Positions 31,350-39,186 of a DNA stretch of 48,978 nucleotides are shown piece after piece. Position 1 is the first letter of the stretch. Each line of letters starts with the position of its first letter. The stretch is taken from positions 1-48,978 of IMG/VR virus record IMGVR_UViG_3300032257_000021; one strand, given 5' to 3'. A program made the position numbers and the translations under genes. This DNA comes from a virus (Duplodnaviria > Caudoviricetes). A model generated the notes under the pieces. The model did not search any database and was not told where the DNA came from. It saw only the letters and a list, made by a program, of their open reading frames with translations.

Positions 31350-31861
31350 TAATGCAATCCAAGCCTTTGAGCGTCTTCGTCTGTATCACTGTGAATACCA
31401 GCCTCTATTTTCTTCCTATGCTCTACTTGGGCTTTAGTGGGTCTTCCTTTGCCTGTCTTCCATTGACCTCCAGCAACCCATTTAGCTGCCGCTGTTCCTT
31501 TAGAGCCTTCCTCTGCTGCCGTTTCAACAAGGCTTTTAATCGCCTTACTTCTGACTTTAACTTCAAGCTCATCTCTCCATTCGTCTATGTAAGCACGTAG
31601 CTGTGTATTCTCACAGATGCGTGTCCATTGCTTCCAGCTGCCAAAAGCAGCCATAGCAAATTCATATTCTCCGTCAATAGGAGCTGTAGACAGCTCTAAA
31701 TAAATCTGATGTAGAGAGGGACATTCTCCTTTGTCCTTCGGGGACAAAGAATAAATAGGAGAATAATTCTTATTCTTAAATTCCCAGAACAGCGAGGCTG
31801 TTCGATATCTGCCCTTACTGTCAAGGAAGGGCATAGACTGCTCTAAATCTGTTCTTAACAT
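31349..31861 (-). CDS. Putative terminase small subunit
   Basis: First gene of the late arm, 170 aa, helical; WRDELEVKVRSKAI. Confidence 0.6.
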   Translation of the reverse strand: MLRTDLEQSMPFLDSKGRYRTASLFWEFKNKNYSPIYSLSPKDKGECPSLHQIYLELSTAPIDGEYEFAMAAFGSWKQWTRICENTQLRAYIDEWRDELEVKVRSKAIKSLVETAAEEGSKGTAAAKWVAGGQWKTGKGRPTKAQVEHRKKIEAGIHSDTDEDAQRLGLH

Positions 31862-32133
31862 AGAAGTCCTTACTAGCTGCCATGCCTACCATTAAGGTAG
31901 GGCAGGGCGGGTGGGAAAACTTAAACAATTTAATTGCTGTCCTCAAGACAGCAGAGATGTTTATTATAATATATGTTTTCTCTTTGGGGAGAAAACATTC
32001 TAAAATAAAATAAGAATGTTTCTTATTTTAATATAGATGTATGTTTATTTATCTGTTCCTCCTCTTGGGGAGAGAGGAACAAAATAATATAATGTTTTAC
32101 GTTAGTAATAACATTATGTCATATTATATCTAT

Positions 32134-32162
32134 ATTATAACATATTTTTCTTCTTTTGTCAA
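32134..32162 (-). promoter_or_regulatory. Sigma70 promoter for the structural arm
   Basis: Minus strand TTGACA-17 bp-TATAAT with an extended -10 TG. Confidence 0.85.
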
Positions 32163-32205
32163 GCACTATCTTCTCTTTCATGTAAAAAATCTCTTAAATA
32201 TTCTG

Positions 32206-32218
32206 TAAGCTATTGATA
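32206..32218 (-). promoter_or_regulatory. IHF consensus site
   Basis: Minus strand TATCAATAGCTTA matches WATCAANNNNTTR. Confidence 0.45.
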
Positions 32219-32315
32219 GTCGAGGATCTATTAATTTCTGTGAGATAAATTTATGTTCTAATGCATATACAGAAGAGAGATTCAAACCCCCGCATACCCC
32301 CTTCTATATATATTC

Positions 32316-32365
32316 TAAATACGAATCATTCTCATCCGCATATCTAAATGAGAATCATTCTTGTT
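32316..32365. promoter_or_regulatory. Two Fur-box-like sites
   Basis: TAAATACGAATCATTCTCAT and TAAATGAGAATCATTCTTG versus the 7-1-7 box TGAKAATNATTMTCA. Confidence 0.6.
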
Positions 32366-32388
32366 TGGTGTAATAAAACATTCAATAC

Positions 32389-32408
32389 TTATCCACAGCT
32401 TATCCACA
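32389..32408 (+). promoter_or_regulatory. Two tandem perfect DnaA boxes
   Basis: TTATCCACA at 32389 and 32400; a 1-mismatch TTATCCGCA at 32448. Confidence 0.75.
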
Positions 32409-32490
32409 GGCAAACAGTCCGCATTATTATATTATAACATTGTTATATTATCCGCAATTTCAGTACATTAGAATGTATTAAACATCGTTG

Positions 32491-32533
32491 AACGTGTTGC
32501 TAAAATGCAACAACGTGTTGTTATAATACAACA
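32491..32533. repeat. Tandem 21-bp repeat of palindrome TGTTG-N8-CAACA
   Basis: AACGTGTTGCTAAAATGCAAC / AACGTGTTGTTATAATACAAC. Confidence 0.7.
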
Positions 32534-32540
32534 TCTATGT

Positions 32541-32556
32541 TGGCATGATATGTGCA
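32541..32556 (+). promoter_or_regulatory. Sigma54 -24/-12-like site
   Basis: TGGCATG-ATAT-GTGCA with GG-N10-GC spacing. Confidence 0.55.
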
Positions 32557-32672
32557 TATCTATTATCGTTCTCTTATATTCTCAATAGGCGGCCTGTAAG
32601 CCGCTCTGAGAGCTTGCATGTCTAGTCCTTGTCTTGGTATTAAAACAAATACTTCTACCTAAATTGAATTGT

Positions 32673-32688
32673 TGGCATGCTTTATGCA
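32673..32688 (+). promoter_or_regulatory. Sigma54 -24/-12-like site
   Basis: TGGCATG-CTTT-ATGCA with GG-N10-GC spacing. Confidence 0.55.
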
Positions 32689-32792
32689 TGCATGAAATGT
32701 GATAGTATGTAGCGGTACAGCTTGCTATATATAGTATAGACATGATAAGTATTATTTATGGCAGGTATAAAAACATTTAATGATAATATCCC

Positions 32793-32820
32793 TTGCATTT
32801 TAATTATAACGTGCTATATT
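32793..32820 (+). promoter_or_regulatory. Early sigma70 promoter overlapping a palindrome variant
   Basis: TTGCAT-16-TATATT with extended TG; close similarity to the promoter at 44564. Confidence 0.6.
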
Positions 32821-32849
32821 TAGTACAGACATTAACGAAGGGGTATGAC

Positions 32850-32969
32850 ATGAGTAAATACAAACATAGAATACAAGATATTATACTAGCCCGCGTTATG
32901 CGCGGGCAAGGCTGGGACAGGGGACGTTGTACCAATCCTCCTTATTTTGCAAGATATATGAATAAATAA
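32850..32969 (+). CDS. First early gene, 39-aa basic peptide (not in ORF track)
   Basis: AAGGGG RBS; MSKYKHRIQDIILARVMRGQGWDRGRC... Confidence 0.5.
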   Translation: MSKYKHRIQDIILARVMRGQGWDRGRCTNPPYFARYMNK

Positions 32970-32972
32970 CCC

Positions 32973-33002
32973 TTGACATTTGAATTTGTAACACGTTACA
33001 AT
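32973..33002 (+). promoter_or_regulatory. Early sigma70 promoter overlapping a palindrome
   Basis: TTGACA-18-TACAAT; TTGTAACACGTTACAA at 32986-33001. Confidence 0.7.
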
Positions 33003-33038
33003 AGACACACATTAATTAAACATTTGGAGTATTACATT

Positions 33039-33656
33039 ATGACTAAGCAAACAAACAACACAGTAAAAACAATTCGCCTTTCTTCTCCTTTATTACGTGT
33101 ATTGCGTGAAGGGGGCAAGGCGCAACAATCTATCCAGTCAACATACACTAACGCATTAGAACTATTGTTAGTTGATAAGGAAAATATAGAATATGATAGT
33201 AATGCCTTTACACAGGCTTTTGATGAGATTAAAACCAAGTACAGTATTGAAAACGGTCAGGATAGTAAAGGCAATACAAAGTATAAGACAAGTGAAGAGG
33301 GTAATGGGCTTGCGTCACAGCTACGAACAAATCTAAGACGGGCGGCTAAACAGGCAGAAGCGGAAACCAGTTTTACAGTTAAACATAGTCCCAAACGTGG
33401 CTCATATGTAGAGCCTGTTGACTGGAAAGAGCCAAAGAAAGAAAGCGAGCTTGTCAAAAAGATGAAGAAATTTGTGGAAACAAAAGATGAGAATCTCGGC
33501 AATGATATTGTAATAGCCGTGCAAATGGCTATACTTGAAAGACTAGAGCTTGAAGAAATGGCCGATGAATTAGATGAAGAGCACAAGGCAGTATGTGAGA
33601 GCATAGGCAAGGCAGAAAGCAACATGAAAGCCAAGCGAGCACAACAAGCAGCATAA
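33039..33656 (+). CDS. Early protein with possible N-terminal ribbon-helix-helix domain
   Basis: GGAG RBS before ATG 33039; KTIRLSSPLLRVLRE...S..ALE resembles the CopG pattern. Confidence 0.6.
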   Translation: MTKQTNNTVKTIRLSSPLLRVLREGGKAQQSIQSTYTNALELLLVDKENIEYDSNAFTQAFDEIKTKYSIENGQDSKGNTKYKTSEEGNGLASQLRTNLRRAAKQAEAETSFTVKHSPKRGSYVEPVDWKEPKKESELVKKMKKFVETKDENLGNDIVIAVQMAILERLELEEMADELDEEHKAVCESIGKAESNMKAKRAQQAA

Positions 33657-33712
33657 TGTAACATGTTATAATGCCCCTTTAATTAGGGGCAAGGGGATAA
33701 ACAGGTGATAGT

Positions 33713-34132
33713 ATGAAAAACTTAAACCAAGCTATTATTGACATAGCACCAAGGTATAATGTCTCAGACAATGCCCCGAATACGTGGGAAGATTTGCAAG
33801 CTGATTATAAAAAACATGGCATTATTACTGTCTTTGCTGGGGCATGTGAAAGGTCAATATACAATAATGTTGATGTAAACCATGCCTTTAGAGCATGGCA
33901 TGATAAGATACATTTAGAGCATGGCTTATCCTTCTCATATGAGGATGAACTAGAGGTAGCACGTATTCATTGTGCTGCACTACCTAAGTATGCCGATGTT
34001 CTATGGGCTGATGTTGCTGGGCAAGTATGGTATTATTATAAATACGGCAAGTATGTAAAAGACCAAGCGGCATTTGTTAATGCCTTTATAACGTGTTATA
34101 ATTACGGAGAATTACCAAGCTATGAAAATTAA
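33713..34132 (+). CDS. Hypothetical protein with NHAFRAWHDxxH putative metal-binding motif
   Basis: His/Asp helix motif followed by a downstream Glu. Confidence 0.65.
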   Translation: MKNLNQAIIDIAPRYNVSDNAPNTWEDLQADYKKHGIITVFAGACERSIYNNVDVNHAFRAWHDKIHLEHGLSFSYEDELEVARIHCAALPKYADVLWADVAGQVWYYYKYGKYVKDQAAFVNAFITCYNYGELPSYEN

Positions 34133-34322
34133 ACAAACAGATTATGAAAAGAGAATGACGGCAGAGCAATGGCTTGCCTTTATAACACAAGTGTATAAAT
34201 ATCCAAGCTGGCTATTTGATAACAAGCTAAGCATGGCTAGTATGATAGTATGTCGGAGCAAACAAGGGGATATGTACATAGTTAAGAAGGGTAATACATT
34301 TATATCGTTGGAGGAATCATGA
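34122..34322 (+). CDS. Hypothetical protein
   Basis: GGAG RBS; coupled. Confidence 0.55.
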   Translation: MKIKQTDYEKRMTAEQWLAFITQVYKYPSWLFDNKLSMASMIVCRSKQGDMYIVKKGNTFISLEES

Positions 34323-34486
34323 ATAAATTATATATATTAGTTGTTATCACATGGCTTATTGTGTTAAGCTCTTTAATATACAATGTATATGACGGTTATA
34401 ACACTGTTATAACAGAGAGACATAATAAATTAAATGACATAAATGTAAAAACAGAAGATGTTAGCCCTAAAAACCGCTATCAATAG
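34319..34486 (+). CDS. Small membrane protein (55 aa, not in ORF track)
   Basis: GGAGG RBS, ATGA overlap, N-terminal TM helix. Confidence 0.55.
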   Translation: MNKLYILVVITWLIVLSSLIYNVYDGYNTVITERHNKLNDINVKTEDVSPKNRYQ

Positions 34487-34496
34487 GAGAAGTAAC

Positions 34497-34781
34497 ATGG
34501 AAACAAAAGTCACATATGTAACGGCTATTGACGCTGTATGGAGTAGGGGTACAAAGTCTTATAGTATAATAGCGCGACTTGTACCAGTTAAACTTGATGA
34601 TGTTATGGTGAGTAATGCTGTATTTGACACTGCTCTGGAGGTACATGTTAACGATTTAGTAATGGTAACAAGAGAAGAAGGTGTTATTCCCAAAATAGTG
34701 AAGGTGGTGAAAAAACGACCTCCTTACCCTGAAATAGAGACAAGGGTAGCTCAGGCATTTCTAGAATTGAGGGAGAAGTAA
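34497..34781 (+). CDS. Stand-alone NAD-dependent DNA ligase OB-fold-like protein
   Basis: PVKLDDVMVSNA and NDLVMVTREEGVIPKIVKVV match LigA OB motifs; AGGAG RBS. Confidence 0.65.
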   Translation: METKVTYVTAIDAVWSRGTKSYSIIARLVPVKLDDVMVSNAVFDTALEVHVNDLVMVTREEGVIPKIVKVVKKRPPYPEIETRVAQAFLELREK

Positions 34782-34782
34782 C

Positions 34783-34965
34783 ATGAAAATTTATATATTA
34801 ACAATGAGGGGATATGGTCAGAAGCATATCGTTGGTGTTTATGATAGTAGGCAAGCAGCCGAGACAGTAAAGGACAGCGTAGAGCATAACGAAGAGGGTG
34901 TGTGGGGTAAGCACTACGGAGAGATAACAGAGCATGAACTGCAAACAGGGCAAGACAGTGAGTGA
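34783..34965 (+). CDS. Hypothetical protein
   Basis: MKIYIL...IVGVYDSRQAA; GGGAG RBS. Confidence 0.6.
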   Translation: MKIYILTMRGYGQKHIVGVYDSRQAAETVKDSVEHNEEGVWGKHYGEITEHELQTGQDSE

Positions 34966-35236
34966 GAAAGTATTTTTTCATTGTCGTTCTAGGGATATGT
35001 GGGACGTAATAGGGTGCATTACAGGTGTTAGAGCTTCATCTTATGATGAAAGGTATGCATGTCGTAACTTCGAGGCTAGCGGGTATGTTGGTTTTTCAGG
35101 GAGAGAGTGGAGCAGAAAGGGTGGGTATGAAGAGATTGATCTAGAGTGGGAGCAGAAAATTCTAGACAACATGACAAAAGAAGAGATAAAAAACTTTAAA
35201 GCTAAATTGAAAGGAGAATACCATGAGAAGCGATAG
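34958..35236 (+). CDS. Hypothetical protein
   Basis: GTG start inferred from overlap. Confidence 0.5.
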   Translation: MSEKVFFHCRSRDMWDVIGCITGVRASSYDERYACRNFEASGYVGFSGREWSRKGGYEEIDLEWEQKILDNMTKEEIKNFKAKLKGEYHEKR

Positions 35237-35594
35237 ACATTTTGAAGAGCAAGAAAAGCCTTTTGTTGTATTCAGTACAACTAGTGGTTATGTACCAAAA
35301 AGCTTTCCTTATGTGTGTAAGTCTGTATTGGGCTGTTTTGACAATGGGCAAGAAGACAGTTTTATAACATGTTATAATGGCTTTGAATGGCTAAGAGATT
35401 ATTTAGCCAGTGATGGTCAGCAGTATTATTTATATGTTGATAGCTTTAGGAATGCTTATTTATTACACATCAATGAAGAAGTGGGGAATAGTGAGCCTGT
35501 AGGCAAGTTTCAAAGGGCAACAGAGCAAGAGGCTAAGAGCATGTCAGCATGGACATATGATAGTAGTGGTGATGCGTATTGGGTGGTGAAATGA
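35223..35594 (+). CDS. Hypothetical protein
   Basis: AGGAG RBS. Confidence 0.65.
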   Translation: MRSDRHFEEQEKPFVVFSTTSGYVPKSFPYVCKSVLGCFDNGQEDSFITCYNGFEWLRDYLASDGQQYYLYVDSFRNAYLLHINEEVGNSEPVGKFQRATEQEAKSMSAWTYDSSGDAYWVVK

Positions 35595-35935
35595 GCAGGA
35601 TAATACAGCCTTTTGACATTGTGAGGGATTCATTATGCTACTATGTAGTATTGCCTAAAGTCGATACTGATACAGAGTTTGTACTGGTGAATTTGACTAG
35701 GCAGCGGGTAGGTAATTATACGTACACAGCCGAAAATGCGGCTGTGGCATTTTCAAAAGGTGTGGTGTGTAACATAGCAGATATATTATATTCTTTGCCG
35801 GAAAAGCTTGACAATCCTAATAATTTAGTGGATGATATACCAGACTACAAGGCAAGGTGTGCGCATGCATTGGCGATGGCACAGAAGACAGGGAGTAGAC
35901 AGCAAGTAATACGAATTTTGAAGGGGCAAACATGA
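35591..35935 (+). CDS. Hypothetical protein
   Basis: ATGA overlaps on both sides. Confidence 0.6.
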   Translation: MSRIIQPFDIVRDSLCYYVVLPKVDTDTEFVLVNLTRQRVGNYTYTAENAAVAFSKGVVCNIADILYSLPEKLDNPNNLVDDIPDYKARCAHALAMAQKTGSRQQVIRILKGQT

Positions 35936-37659
35936 ACATAAATATTAATGCAATACGTAAGCAAATGAGAGCATTAGCTTCTCATTCAGGACTGATAATT
36001 AAAGAGGAGGACAGAGAACAACCACGTACAGATGGGAGGACGTTATATATACCACGTTACAATCCCTCATGGTCTAAAGATCAGACGACATTATGGTGGT
36101 ATTATACAATTCATGAGATGGGGCATAATAGGCCAGAAACTAGGGATTGTTTTGATATACCAAAAAAATATAAAATATCAATGAGCAGTTTTATTGGTGG
36201 GTGTCTAAATTTGTTAGATGATAATAGACAAGAGCATAGCATGTTTGGAGAATATGCTTTCATCAATCAGACAATAGGCAAGGGGAGGAGAATATTCCTT
36301 GATAAGCAGCTTAAGGAAGGGTCTGCTAATATGGGGACAGGAGACGATCATAGACAGGCGATGGAAGCATTGTATGTGTGGGACACCCTGATTAGGGAAG
36401 AATGGCTTACAGAGCTTGTAGGAGCTTCTGGTGAGATGATGTCATACATGAGCAAGCAACAGCTTGATTGGATAGAGGCATTAAAGGCTGGTGATTATAA
36501 CACTGTTATAAATAAGCAAGGGCTTACAGCTGAAGAGGAATATATATTAACTAAGCGTATCATTGATGAAGTGTTTAAATTTGACAGTGAACAGGAGGAG
36601 CAAGATGGCCAAGACCAACAGAAAACCGAGGGGGGAGAGGAAGCTAACACTGGGGAATGTAGTGAGGAAGGTGAAAGAGGACAATCCCCAACTAACGGCA
36701 AAGGAGATGAAGATGGTGATGCTAGAGGCAAGGAAGCTGTTTCTCAATATGAAGACCTGATAATGCATTCTCATGGGGCTATCACTAGCTTTAGTCCTTT
36801 GGTGCTAGACTACACTAAGTATGAGGAGATGGAGGGATATGCCTCACAAGGCAGCAAGGTAATAGACTACGAGAAAGGAGAAGAGAATGGAGGAGAGTGT
36901 GTAAAATATACACAGTTGATAGAGGATGCTAGTGCAGGGAGGGGACTGCCCAATCGTGTAAGGAGACTGCTACAGATACGGAGTAAGGACAAGCGTACAT
37001 ATGGGCATAAGAGTGGGAAGATACATGGTAGTAGTTTATATCGTATTGGTATGAAGGAGGCAGTGGGATTTAATGAGCGCATATTTAAGCGTAAGGAATC
37101 AAACTTAAGTTTGGATGTGGCTGTATCTGTATTATGTGATTTCTCTGGTAGTATGGGAGGGAATAAGATGGTGTCAGCAGCTGCTTCATGTGTATTATTG
37201 TCTGGTGTATTGCAGACATTAGGGATTAAGCATGAGGTGTTGGGCTTTACAGCCAGTGGAAAGCCTATTAATTACATGTTTAAGAGTTTGGATAAGAGTG
37301 TTAGTAGGGAGAAGCTTATAGCTAGGCTTGCCAATGGGACTAATTACATGGGGAATAATGCCGATGGAGAGAGTATATTATGGGCATACAATCGCTTGAC
37401 ACAAGCACGAGCTAAGCGTAAAATACTCATTGTCTTATCTGATGGACAACCTGCCTATCACAATGGGACAGGCAGCATAACGACATTCACGAGAGATGTT
37501 ATTAATAGGGTGGAGAAGGAGAGACATGTGGAAATTGTAGGAATAGGGATTGATAGTCATGCTGTAGAGAAGTATTATGACAGCTACAGTGTGATTGATG
37601 ATAGCAGTATGTTAGAATCAGCCCTGTTTGATGTCATTAAAACTAAAATCATTATTTAG
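35932..37659 (+). CDS. CobT-like VWA-domain protein with N-terminal HExxH domain
   Basis: PRTDG, HEMGH, acidic linker, MIDAS DFSGSM, NADGESILWA and LIVLSDGQP. Confidence 0.85.
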   Translation: MNININAIRKQMRALASHSGLIIKEEDREQPRTDGRTLYIPRYNPSWSKDQTTLWWYYTIHEMGHNRPETRDCFDIPKKYKISMSSFIGGCLNLLDDNRQEHSMFGEYAFINQTIGKGRRIFLDKQLKEGSANMGTGDDHRQAMEALYVWDTLIREEWLTELVGASGEMMSYMSKQQLDWIEALKAGDYNTVINKQGLTAEEEYILTKRIIDEVFKFDSEQEEQDGQDQQKTEGGEEANTGECSEEGERGQSPTNGKGDEDGDARGKEAVSQYEDLIMHSHGAITSFSPLVLDYTKYEEMEGYASQGSKVIDYEKGEENGGECVKYTQLIEDASAGRGLPNRVRRLLQIRSKDKRTYGHKSGKIHGSSLYRIGMKEAVGFNERIFKRKESNLSLDVAVSVLCDFSGSMGGNKMVSAAASCVLLSGVLQTLGIKHEVLGFTASGKPINYMFKSLDKSVSREKLIARLANGTNYMGNNADGESILWAYNRLTQARAKRKILIVLSDGQPAYHNGTGSITTFTRDVINRVEKERHVEIVGIGIDSHAVEKYYDSYSVIDDSSMLESALFDVIKTKIII

Positions 37660-37669
37660 GAGAATTATT

Positions 37670-37825
37670 ATGAAGCGTACAACTATGGTTTATATACTAT
37701 TGTTTGTGTATGCTGTAAATTTAGGGCTGAATTTAGCAATAGACTTTACAGAAATTCGAGCTTGGGGAGGATGGTTATGTGCTATCTTAGGACAACTAAC
37801 CCTATTAGGCTATGTAGAAGACTAA
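37670..37825 (+). CDS. Small two-TM membrane protein
   Basis: AGGAG RBS; two hydrophobic segments. Confidence 0.55.
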   Translation: MKRTTMVYILLFVYAVNLGLNLAIDFTEIRAWGGWLCAILGQLTLLGYVED

Positions 37826-37861
37826 TTATAACACGTTATAACTAACCAAAAGGAAATAGAT

Positions 37862-38938
37862 ATGTCAAATCAATATGAAGATCTAGTAGCACAAGCATTT
37901 AACAATTTAGGTGGTGAAGTGCCAGAAAGGAAACCTAAGAAACAAGAGCCAACTAAGCCTGATTTCGAGGGAGAAGTCAGCACGTTAGAGGGAGATAGCA
38001 GCTTTAAGGCAGTGTTTGGGATTGATGCCCCTAGTGGTATGGAGCACGTAGGAGAGGTGTATAAGGATAGTGATTGGCCTGAATATCTACAAGCATTCAT
38101 CCCTGACAAAGCTAAGTTTGCCAATTACATGCCCTCCCCTCAAAAGCTTGAGGAATATTGGGTGGCCTATAACATGGGAGATAAGACATTTGCAACAGGG
38201 CCGACAGGCTCAGGTAAGAGTAGCTTCTTTGAATATTGGTGTGCTATGGTGAGACAGCCCTTCCTACGTTTCAATTGTCGTGAAGACATGGAGAGCAGCT
38301 CTATATTCGGACAAATGACAGCGAAGGATGGTAGTACACATTGGGAAGATGGGCTATTGACACAAGGATTTAGAGATGGGGCTATGTTGTTATTGGATGA
38401 AGTAAGTCTAATGCCAGCTGGTATTAGTATGGGACTGCAATGGGTGTTGGAAGATGGTGGTAAGCTCATGCTTACAGACAAGCCCGGAACACCAGCTGAG
38501 AAGCTCGTAGAGCCTGATGTACGTGGAAGAATATGTATGGCAGATAATACCCGTGGGTATGGGGACGATAGTGGTGCATACGCTGGTACAAACGTTATGA
38601 ATACTGCTACACTCAATCGTATTAACACGTTCATGCACTTCGACTATCTCGACAGGAATGCAGAGATAGAAATACTACTGGCAGCTTATGATGATTTAAC
38701 CCCACAATTAGCTAAAAAGATTGTTATGTTTGCTGAATTGGTGCGTAAAAATTACGATCAAGATGAGCTAGATCATACGTTCAGCCCTCGTGACCTGCTA
38801 GGCTTAACAAAGAAAGCCCTGTATTTTAAGAGCTTTGGTAAGGCTGTTAAGATGTCATGGCTAGAGAAATTCTCTGGCATGGAGCAGCAAGAGGCTATCA
38901 AAGGGCATTACAAGACAGTATTTAATGAAGACATGTAG
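37862..38938 (+). CDS. CobS/MoxR-like AAA+ ATPase
   Basis: GPTGSGKS, LLLDE, NTRGYGDDSGAYAGTNVMN and SPR sensor motifs. Confidence 0.88.
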   Translation: MSNQYEDLVAQAFNNLGGEVPERKPKKQEPTKPDFEGEVSTLEGDSSFKAVFGIDAPSGMEHVGEVYKDSDWPEYLQAFIPDKAKFANYMPSPQKLEEYWVAYNMGDKTFATGPTGSGKSSFFEYWCAMVRQPFLRFNCREDMESSSIFGQMTAKDGSTHWEDGLLTQGFRDGAMLLLDEVSLMPAGISMGLQWVLEDGGKLMLTDKPGTPAEKLVEPDVRGRICMADNTRGYGDDSGAYAGTNVMNTATLNRINTFMHFDYLDRNAEIEILLAAYDDLTPQLAKKIVMFAELVRKNYDQDELDHTFSPRDLLGLTKKALYFKSFGKAVKMSWLEKFSGMEQQEAIKGHYKTVFNEDM

Positions 38939-38946
38939 GAGTTGGT

Positions 38947-39186
38947 ATGATGGATATTAAAACTGGTGATATTTACATTGATAGTGCTGGGTTTATTTGT
39001 CTCCGTGGTGTTATGGATGATGGTGATGATATTTATAGAGATGTGATATGGAAGAATATAAATATTGAGGCTAACCTCAGAGACTGCTTAGCTAGGATTA
39101 TGACGAATGATAATGTTGACTTCCCTGTTAAACTCTTGGGTAATGTTAATGACATTATGCTTAAGCTATTGGAGGAAAACGAATGA
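38947..39186 (+). CDS. Hypothetical protein (paralog family)
   Basis: IKTGDIYIDSAGFIC...NVNDIM. Confidence 0.6.
   Translation: MMDIKTGDIYIDSAGFICLRGVMDDGDDIYRDVIWKNINIEANLRDCLARIMTNDNVDFPVKLLGNVNDIMLKLLEENE

Noticed and set aside
3551-31600. Numerous + strand ORFs within the structural arm (and - strand ORFs in the early arm)
   Set aside because: Antisense shadows of well-supported genes, with no RBS or motifs.
32416-32445. dif-like site (AGTCCGCATTA resembles a XerC arm)
   Set aside because: No TTATGTTAAAT XerD arm at the proper spacing.
32696-32716. CRP site (AAATGTGA)
   Set aside because: Half-site only; no TCACA at N6.
35932-38938. Calling the pair bona fide cobT/cobS auxiliary metabolic genes
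   Set aside because: No cobN is present, and the motifs only establish VWA and MoxR-type AAA+ family membership.
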